DNA from: a virus | Lineage: Duplodnaviria; Caudoviricetes | Reading direction: 5' to 3' (one strand) | DNA length: 64,000 bases | Virus record (IMG/VR): IMGVR_UViG_3300038443_002533 | Span: 128,001-192,000 of that record | Shown here: positions 28,808 to 35,315 of the stretch, piece by piece | How positions within the stretch are numbered: position 1 is the first letter of the stretch | Layout of the letters: each line of letters opens with the position of its first letter | The notes under the pieces: generated by a model | Told to the model about the DNA's origin: nothing | Databases searched by the model: none | The model's input: only the letters and a program-made list of their open reading frames with translations | Position numbers and translations under genes: made by a program

Positions 28808-29134
28808 ATGAATAAGAAAATGGAATTCATTTGCTCTTGTAAAGCTTTCATCGCTCGCTTCCGCGGCAAGCTGTCGGGCAACTTCGAAAAGCAAGTCATC
28901 GTCATCGACAATCGCAAGATCGTCGGTGCCCGCTTCACCGACTGTGAAATCTGGTATGGTGGCGGTGGCATCAACCTGGTCGATACCCATATCCAACACT
29001 GCACTTTCCATCTTTTCGGTCCAGCCAATCGAACTGGCATATACCTGAAGTGTTTGGACAAACTCGACCCCGAGCTGATCGTCAAAACATTCCCTGGCGC
29101 GATCGCGCACGCCCTTAAACCCTCTTCAATGTAA
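28808..29134 (+). CDS. hypothetical protein
   Basis: Possible short beta-helix-like repeats (F.DC.I, L.DT.I..C.F). Confidence 0.55.
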   Translation: MNKKMEFICSCKAFIARFRGKLSGNFEKQVIVIDNRKIVGARFTDCEIWYGGGGINLVDTHIQHCTFHLFGPANRTGIYLKCLDKLDPELIVKTFPGAIAHALKPSSM

Positions 29135-29142
29135 GGATACTG

Positions 29143-29502
29143 ATGCGTTATCAAGTTTCGGCAGTGGCCACGTACGGTTACGGGTTGGCATTGCAAACCA
29201 TGATGGGGGCGTCTGAAGGCGGCCAGCAGTTTGGTCCGTTCCATTCACTGGAAGCTGCTCGGCCGTTTTACGATGCTGAGAAAGTCGAGCCGTACGACGA
29301 TGAAGGTCCTGATCTGTACGAGGGCGGTAAGAAAACCTACCGTAAGAACTTCCGTAAAGGCGGGCCACTGGAATGGTGCAACCCCTTCAATGACCAGATC
29401 AATTGGAACTGTCCTGAAGGATCGGTCAGTCCCTGGGGGCACGGCATTCATTTGGTGCTGATGCATGTGGACGGTGTGCAGCGTTTGTACCAGCTGGCGT
29501 AA
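29143..29502 (+). CDS. hypothetical protein
   Basis: SD AAGGA; Gly/Pro/aromatic-rich. Confidence 0.7.
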   Translation: MRYQVSAVATYGYGLALQTMMGASEGGQQFGPFHSLEAARPFYDAEKVEPYDDEGPDLYEGGKKTYRKNFRKGGPLEWCNPFNDQINWNCPEGSVSPWGHGIHLVLMHVDGVQRLYQLA

Positions 29503-29514
29503 CCAGGACTTATC

Positions 29515-29793
29515 ATGAATGCCATCCACCCTTTTCTGTTGTGGTACTTGGTGATCAGCGCCGGGGCGATGTTTATCGCCTTCGCTTGGTTGTCGGTCGC
29601 TGATCTCATTGATAAGTACATCCACGGTCGTCCGTCGGACGCTATGCTCGGTTATAACTACAGCAGTGGTATGACCGGGATGGCGGTCATGACGTCGGCG
29701 CCTTTCATCAATCTGGCGTTCCTGGTGTTCCTCCTGCGTGAGCTGTACGGGACGTTGCGTAACAAGAGAAGCCTTCGTTTCAGAAAGGAATAA
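29515..29793 (+). CDS. two-TM membrane protein
   Basis: Hydrophobic helices. Confidence 0.65.
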   Translation: MNAIHPFLLWYLVISAGAMFIAFAWLSVADLIDKYIHGRPSDAMLGYNYSSGMTGMAVMTSAPFINLAFLVFLLRELYGTLRNKRSLRFRKE

Positions 29794-30113
29794 ACGAATG
29801 AGCGTTAGAAGTGAAGTTCTATTGCTGGCTGTATTGGAAGATTCTGAAGAAGTGACGGCGTGTGACGATTGTACCAATATCGATCTCATGAACCGTTACC
29901 TCGCTCGCGATTATCCAGATTCCAAACCCCAGTTCGTCGCACTCGCACCCATCACCTATGTGTATGGCGTTGGGTCCATCAAGAACTTGGACGAGGAAGC
30001 GTTGGTGGAAGCATTCCGACGAATTCCCTGGTTTGAACCCTCCAACACCACTCTGATGATTCGCAAAGATGGGGAAAGTCAATGGGCGTCCTACACTGTT
30101 AGGAGGGATTAGA

Positions 30114-30341
30114 ATGAAACGTCGTAACTTTTTAGGATTGACTGGATTGGCTATTGCGGCGCCAGCGATCGCCAAGGTGCAAGATATTCAACCCGTCCGT
30201 CCTGTTCAGGTCCCTCCTCCGGTCGCCCCACCCGTGCACGGAAGAGGATTGAGTGCTTATGAAATTTCCGTTAGCATGGGTTTCCCAGGCACACCAGACC
30301 AATGGCTCGCTTCATTGAAAAATGGCGACCCTCTCTTTTAA
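30114..30341 (+). CDS. small protein with twin-arginine (Tat) signal
   Basis: MKRRNFLGLTGLAIAAPAIA; C-terminal GLSAYEI..MGF.GT.DQWLASLK motif. Confidence 0.7.
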   Translation: MKRRNFLGLTGLAIAAPAIAKVQDIQPVRPVQVPPPVAPPVHGRGLSAYEISVSMGFPGTPDQWLASLKNGDPLF

Positions 30342-30350
30342 GGAAATCAC

Positions 30351-30611
30351 ATGAATCGACGTGGATTCTTAGGCGCGATGTTGGGCGCCGTGGCCGCCCC
30401 AGCGGTGGTCAAAGCCGAAAACTTGATGAAGATCATCGTTCCGAAGCGAACTGGTATTATCTTCTGGCCGGAACGAAGAATACTTCTCAGTGGCGATTTT
30501 GATGGCGATGTGTTGAACTGGGGTAACATGGTTTGGAAGCCAGAACTTATTCGGGTGTTGCCAACCGTCCGAACTTCAACAAAGCCGCTTATCATCGTAC
30601 CGAGTCTCTAA
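30351..30611 (+). CDS. small protein with twin-arginine (Tat) signal
   Basis: MNRRGFLGAMLGAVAAPAVVKA. Confidence 0.7.
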   Translation: MNRRGFLGAMLGAVAAPAVVKAENLMKIIVPKRTGIIFWPERRILLSGDFDGDVLNWGNMVWKPELIRVLPTVRTSTKPLIIVPSL

Positions 30612-30666
30612 GTGAATGTTATAGTGGTCGTTTTATGCGACCGTAACTTTCACCTAGAGGCCACCC

Positions 30667-31203
30667 ATGTCCGATGCTGCGCAACCGCTTTCTTTGAACA
30701 ACATCTCGGAAGAGAAAATCCAACGTTTCAAACAGCGCCCTGAGTTGCTCGATGCGCTGGCGCAGTGGGTGACGTTTGCGGACCGTCGTTTGATTCCGCA
30801 GATGCTGGCACTGGGTGAGTTGGTGCGTGACCTGTATGACCTCCCCGCCGAACTCAAGCTGTACCGTGGCTTTCGGCTGGGGAGCTATCAAGATAGCCTC
30901 GGGATCGATGAAGGTGCACCGATCGGCCAGAGTGTAACTTACACCAGCGACGATCGCTCGCTCTCGTTCAGTACTGAAGAAGCGATCGCGCGGGGATTCG
31001 GTAACGTGGTGGTGTCGACCAAGATCAATCCCAAGAAAGATCCGTGCTTGGTCATCACCGATGAGCTGCTGGTGATCGTGCACGAATTACTCAACTTCAA
31101 AGACCTCAAAACCCAACATGAAGTGATCCTGTTGCCGCCGATCCAGATTCAAGTCCAGGTCGTCAGTAAAGAGTCGAATTCCTTCAGTTGGTTAGCATGG
31201 TGA
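30667..31203 (+). CDS. putative R-S-E type mono-ADP-ribosyltransferase
   Basis: LYRG (R), SLSFST (SxS), TQHEVILLP (QxE) in the correct order and spacing. Confidence 0.6.
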   Translation: MSDAAQPLSLNNISEEKIQRFKQRPELLDALAQWVTFADRRLIPQMLALGELVRDLYDLPAELKLYRGFRLGSYQDSLGIDEGAPIGQSVTYTSDDRSLSFSTEEAIARGFGNVVVSTKINPKKDPCLVITDELLVIVHELLNFKDLKTQHEVILLPPIQIQVQVVSKESNSFSWLAW

Positions 31204-31212
31204 AAGGAGAAC

Positions 31213-31485
31213 ATGTCTCACGAACAACACAACGCAGAAACCAGCGACGCTTATCTGAAACGGGTGTGTGACTATGACCCGGCAACCGATAAGCTCATGA
31301 AGACGAGCGATATCTTGGAGATGCTGGCTAACGCCAATGCCGAGGTTTCGCGCAACACCTTCGATCGCTGGGTCAAAAATGGTTCCTTCCCGAAACCGAA
31401 TATCCGCATCGGCCAGAGCTGGCGTTGGACTGAACGTCGGGTCAAGGAATGGCTCCGAAGCTGCGTAGAGAAAGCTCAACAATGA
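31213..31485 (+). CDS. AlpA/excisionase-like HTH DNA-binding protein
   Basis: VSRNTFDRWVKNGSFPKP..IG..WRW...V..W. Confidence 0.85.
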   Translation: MSHEQHNAETSDAYLKRVCDYDPATDKLMKTSDILEMLANANAEVSRNTFDRWVKNGSFPKPNIRIGQSWRWTERRVKEWLRSCVEKAQQ

Positions 31486-32041
31486 ACATCGAAGACATCG
31501 ATTTTGACAACGAAGAACAAGTCCAGCAACTGAGGGACCAAAAGGTCGAGATCCCGGTCGGGGTTCTGTATACGTTGCTGGGGGCGTATTACAAGGGCGG
31601 TGGTGAACCGGATTCCTACAACGACCGGCTGAACGAAGTCATGGAAGGCATCTTCAAATAAAGCGCTGTGGTTTGGATGCCCGTAACATTCTTGCCAATT
31701 TGTAATATTGCTTGCTCGTATTTATTTATATGCGGCAATTAATGCTGTGCGAGATAATTTCGCGTGTTGATTTTCCACAACTGGAAAAGCTGTGGATTGG
31801 AGCGCGAGGTTAACTTGACTCAGTTCTGGCGAACTAATTACTGGATCACACCGCATCCAGTTTCATTGACTCGTTCTTTTACAATTCATTGACCTCGGTC
31901 AAACAATCGATCGGTAAATCGAACTTAATAGTAGATGAGAAACCGAGGGAAGGAGCCGAACCCTTCCACCCATATTCGCAGGGCGCAAGATTGTAAGACA
32001 ACCCCCCTGTTTCCCTATCTAGAGAAACTAGGAGTAGTAAC

Positions 32042-32329
32042 ATGAATGACCCAGTTATGGTTTGCAAGTTGCAGCTGCATGAGATCACCCCGAAGAAAAC
32101 CAACGCCTGCTATGACAAGGACAACAAACCGACCTTGCCATTTTCCATTGTGAAATTCGGCGCGGTGTGGGAAGGTTCGGCGGAGAATCAAGCGATGAGT
32201 GAAAATGCCGTGTTCGGTCATTGGACGCCCAGCGCGTCTTTCAATGCCACCATCGCCAACGAAGCTGTGATTGACAAACTGGTGCCAGGCCGTAAATACT
32301 ACGTTACGTTCACCGAAGCACCGGACTGA
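32042..32329 (+). CDS. conserved small phage protein (EN..F..WTPS..YYV.F family)
   Basis: SD AGGAG; widespread motif pattern, function not assigned. Confidence 0.75.
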   Translation: MNDPVMVCKLQLHEITPKKTNACYDKDNKPTLPFSIVKFGAVWEGSAENQAMSENAVFGHWTPSASFNATIANEAVIDKLVPGRKYYVTFTEAPD

Positions 32330-33040
32330 AGCAATGCCGAGCAATCGGTTACCATGGCTGTGACTTACTGAGGGCGCACCTGAAAAGGGCTCGGTAAGTT
32401 ACAGCAAGTTGTGCCCTTACATCGGACATATGGGTCGATGGGGTTTGTGCCGATAAGACTGGGTGCCAACGCCCGGACCTAAAGCACACAGGCGCATCCC
32501 ACTCGGGAAGGCGAGTGGTCGGGCGTAATACGAGAACCTCGGGTTGCTACCCGGGGCTGTTTGCCAACAGGCGGCTTAAGTCGCTTTCGGCCCTGCTGGG
32601 AGATCTCAGCGCACGTAAGCACTCGTGTTAATGCCCGCGGTGCGGCCGGCCAATTCTCGGCCTGCACCTCGATGTTCGTGACACGTCTGTTCGATTGCCG
32701 GTTAACTCCGGCCAGACGAGTGTTTGAGTGGTTGGCGGGTGGGTATCCCGTCTGGGCAGCTGATATTCGCCTACCGCTTCCGAACTGCCTGAGCATAGCC
32801 TTTAGGCACTTGACGCGCAAATCGCTCAGGTGGGCCTAAGGGATGTGCTAAGAGCATGTCAAACTTCTTTTCTAGAGAGATTGGTTGTGCCTAGCCACGA
32901 TGGGAATCGTTGCGGCGCGATGGGAATCGCCACAAGGTGCAACAAGTAGTACACATTGGTGTATAGCCTGAAGTTGCCTTTACCAAGACCGCCGTCTGCA
33001 AACGGCGTAGAGGCAATTTTGGCATGTACTCCTGAAAGAG
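32330..33040 (+). ncRNA. candidate large structured ncRNA (~700 nt)
   Basis: No credible ORF. More than 12 hairpins, including a 16-bp stem 32357-32372/32390-32405 with G-U pairs. Strand inferred from context. Confidence 0.6.
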
Positions 33041-33046
33041 ACAATA

Positions 33047-33550
33047 ATGAGAATGCAACGACATTTGGCCACCGAGTCGGACCAACCGACAGGCGAAGCC
33101 GAAGATTCACCGGCCTACATCGAAGCGCTGGCCAAAGCGCAGCCGTACATCGAAGAATGGATCGGCTACGACCTGGACAAGACGCTGTTCCGCCATGACA
33201 AGTGGGAAGGTGTCCTGCATTTCGGCGAACCGATCGTACCGATGCTCGACCGGCTCAAGCAAGACCTCGCTAGTGGTAAGCGAGTAAAAATTTTCACGGC
33301 ACGCGTATCCTACGCCGACGAACGCATCAACACCGTCGTTCGTAAAGCGATCCAAGACTTGATGTTCGAGCATACCGGCCAGGTGCTGGAAGTGACCAAC
33401 ATCAAAGACATGGGGATGCGCAATCTGTACGATGACCGCGCCACCGGGGTGATCCCGAACGAAGGGGTGGTCATCGAAGCCCCTAAACACCTGCCGGGCA
33501 CCAGCGCTCAGTTCACCAAAGATCTGAAAGCCGCCCTCGGTCAAGACTAA
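33047..33550 (+). CDS. HAD-superfamily phosphatase (PNKP 3'-phosphatase-like)
   Basis: WIGYDLDKT (DxD), KIFTAR, VTNIKD, LYDDR. Confidence 0.8.
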   Translation: MRMQRHLATESDQPTGEAEDSPAYIEALAKAQPYIEEWIGYDLDKTLFRHDKWEGVLHFGEPIVPMLDRLKQDLASGKRVKIFTARVSYADERINTVVRKAIQDLMFEHTGQVLEVTNIKDMGMRNLYDDRATGVIPNEGVVIEAPKHLPGTSAQFTKDLKAALGQD

Positions 33551-33555
33551 ACACC

Positions 33556-33822
33556 ATGGCACTTATTCCTACTGGCGTTAACATCATCTACGATCTGTTG
33601 AACGCCCCGAAAGACAAGAACCCGCAAGAGCAGATGGCGGAACTGGGCATCACGTGCCAACGTGTTATCCCCGAACCCATCATCCATCTCTGGCGTTTCA
33701 TCTCTGTTGACCGCGCGACGATTCCCGCTGAGTTGCCCCCGTACCTCAGTCTGGTGTATCTGAACGTCCAGCAATGGAACGAAGAACTCGAAACGCTGAA
33801 GCAACTCAGCCTGAAGAAATAA
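33556..33822 (+). CDS. hypothetical protein
   Basis: 88-aa ORF after the HAD gene. Confidence 0.65.
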   Translation: MALIPTGVNIIYDLLNAPKDKNPQEQMAELGITCQRVIPEPIIHLWRFISVDRATIPAELPPYLSLVYLNVQQWNEELETLKQLSLKK

Positions 33823-33874
33823 ACGGCGTACCACCCACTTGACCCCGACCGCAGTCAGGACCAAGTGGTGTAAG

Positions 33875-34225
33875 TTACGGGTTGTACGGCACGGCCAAAC
33901 CGTTGCTGACGAGTTGATCGTTCAGGCTGGTCGAAGTATTCGGCAGATACACATCCGCCAGATAGCGACCATACTTCTCCTTCTTGTCCGCGACGGTTTG
34001 GATCACCACCGGGGCGTTAGCCGGCAGTTGTTGCTGAAGCCAAGCGCGTGAATCTTTCCCGGCTTGGGTGCTGACTTCGGGGGCGTTGATACCGTTGAAG
34101 CGGCAGGTCATGTTGATGTGGATATCGCATCCCAAGTCAACATTGAATTCTGCGGTATCGCCATCGATGACGCGAATCACGGTGGCGTTACGGATGTACA
34201 CATCTTTCTTTTTGGCGGCTGTCAT
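33875..34225 (-). CDS. thermonuclease (staphylococcal nuclease-like)
   Basis: VIRVIDGDT, RFNGINAPE, EKYGRYLA, LN..LV..GLA. Only convincing minus-strand gene. Confidence 0.9.
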   Translation of the reverse strand: MTAAKKKDVYIRNATVIRVIDGDTAEFNVDLGCDIHINMTCRFNGINAPEVSTQAGKDSRAWLQQQLPANAPVVIQTVADKKEKYGRYLADVYLPNTSTSLNDQLVSNGLAVPYNP

Positions 34226-34273
34226 GGTGGGCTCCTATGCAAAGGGGGTTCATAGCATCCGCGCAGTACCAAT

Positions 34274-34428
34274 GGTCAAGATGGCGAAGTGGAAGACGCA
34301 GCTGACGCTCCGGGTGCAAGTGATCAGTATTTGAACGAGCAGTAGGGTATCTACCGGGTCCATGATCGGGGCGGGTACTCAGATAAACTGTTCTAGTAGA
34401 ACGGAGGTTCGATTCCTTCTCTTGACCA
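34274..34428 (+). ncRNA. tRNA-like RNA 1 (155 nt; expanded anticodon and variable regions)
   Basis: GGTCAAGA/TCTTGACC acceptor, Leu/Ser-type D arm GCG-AAGTGGAAGA-CGC, T arm GGAGG-TTCGATT-CCTTC, ~105 nt between. Confidence 0.7.
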
Positions 34429-34439
34429 CTCAGTTTTAT

Positions 34440-34515
34440 GGGGAAGTCGCCCAGCAGGTTTATTGACCTGACCCACTGTAGGCACGCGCAGGTGCGAATC
34501 CTGCCTTCCCCGCCA
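34440..34515 (+). ncRNA. tRNA-like RNA 2 (76 nt; D and anticodon arms fused into one arm)
   Basis: GGGGAAG/CTTCCCC + G + CCA; T arm GCAGG-TGCGAAT-CCTGC. Confidence 0.75.
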
Positions 34516-34532
34516 CTCAACCGTAGTACGTA

Positions 34533-34692
34533 GGGCATGTAGCTCAGTGATAGAGCACCGTCCATTACCCTTGGGGTCGCTGGTTCGAGTCCAGCCTGGG
34601 GAGTATGCGAATACTCGCTGGTAGCTCAGATGGTTAGAGCACAAGGCTTGCTTAGACGGAGGTCGTGGGTTTGATCCCTGCCATGTCCATCA
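34533..34692 (+). ncRNA. tRNA-like RNA 3: twin tRNA (permuted tRNA nested in the anticodon loop of another)
   Basis: Outer GGGCATG/CATGTCC and CCGTC/GACGG. Inner CCTTG...T arm...CTGGGGA-GTAT-GCGA-ATAC-TCGCTGG...D arm...CAAGG. Confidence 0.85.
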
Positions 34693-34698
34693 AGAATT

Positions 34699-34807
34699 CT
34701 TAATAAGTGGTAAAGTAGATCAACGCGGAGAACCGACGCGCTACAAGGGATACCTCGCTCTGGTTGGTTCACTGGAACGAAGGAGTTTGACCCTGCCACT
34801 TATTAAG
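34699..34807 (+). ncRNA. tRNA-like RNA 4 (long closing stem, T-loop-like hairpin, internal domain)
   Basis: 14-bp stem CTTAATAAGTGGTA/TGCCACTTATTAAG; GTTTGACC loop next to the 3' strand. Confidence 0.5.
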
Positions 34808-34826
34808 TGTTTTTAAGTTTCACGTA

Positions 34827-34964
34827 GGGCGTTTAGCTCAGTTGGTAGAGCACGGCTAAAGGTGGGCACCGACAAACCCACACCAGCTTAACAGGCTGGG
34901 GCCGAAAGGCAGTCACCATTCATTAAAGCCGAGGTCATGTGTTCGAATCACGTAACGTCCACCA
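34827..34964 (+). ncRNA. tRNA-like RNA 5 (69-nt three-hairpin insert replacing the anticodon loop)
   Basis: GGGCGTT/AACGTCC+ACCA, canonical D arm, CGGCT/AGCCG stem, AGGTC, ATGTG-TTCGAAT-CACGT. Confidence 0.88.
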
Positions 34965-34973
34965 AGTTTCAAA

Positions 34974-35040
34974 GGGTGTGTAGCTCAGCTGGTAGAGCGT
35001 AGTCATGCAAGATTGTGGGGGTTCGAGTCCCCCCATTCTC
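34974..35040 (+). ncRNA. tRNA-like RNA 6 (67 nt; 6-nt anticodon loop ATGCAA, 1-nt variable region, no CCA)
   Basis: Canonical D arm and GGGGG-TTCGAGT-CCCCC T arm. Confidence 0.7.
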
Positions 35041-35046
35041 TCGATT

Positions 35047-35138
35047 GGGAATGTGGCGGAATTGGTAGACGCGCCGTTCTAACGGACGGTTATCACATTA
35101 GGCTAAGGTCATGGGTTCAAATCCTGTCACATCCACCA
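35047..35138 (+). ncRNA. tRNA-like RNA 7 (Leu-like; anticodon loop collapsed to 4 nt)
   Basis: GCGGAATTGGTAGACGC D arm, CCGT-TCTA-ACGG, long variable region, T arm, CACATCC-ACCA. Confidence 0.72.
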
Positions 35139-35156
35139 AGTTTCAAGCAGTACCGT

Positions 35157-35234
35157 AGGGGAGTCGCCAAGTTGGTCCAAGGCCCCGGATTTTGATTCCG
35201 GCATTCGAAGGTTCGAATCCTTCCTCCTCTGCCA
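35157..35234 (+). tRNA. tRNA-Gln(TTG)
   Basis: Full cloverleaf AGGGGAG/CTCCTCT, CCGGA-TTTTGAT-TCCGG, G-CCA end. Confidence 0.95.
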
Positions 35235-35315
35235 GATTTTCGTAGGACTGTTTGATGAACAGAGTAAAATCATCATGGTAGAGATACCACTTACTAGGCA
35301 CTAGGAGAATGTACC

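Noticed and set aside
32330-33040. RNase P RNA, tmRNA or group II intron
   Set aside because: No GAGGAAAGTCC/AGAACCCGGCTTA, no tmRNA tRNA-like ends, and no domain V AGC..GAAA motif found by eye.
34858-34926. Group I intron in the anticodon loop
   Set aside because: Only 69 nt, with no P/Q/R/S core or terminal G context.
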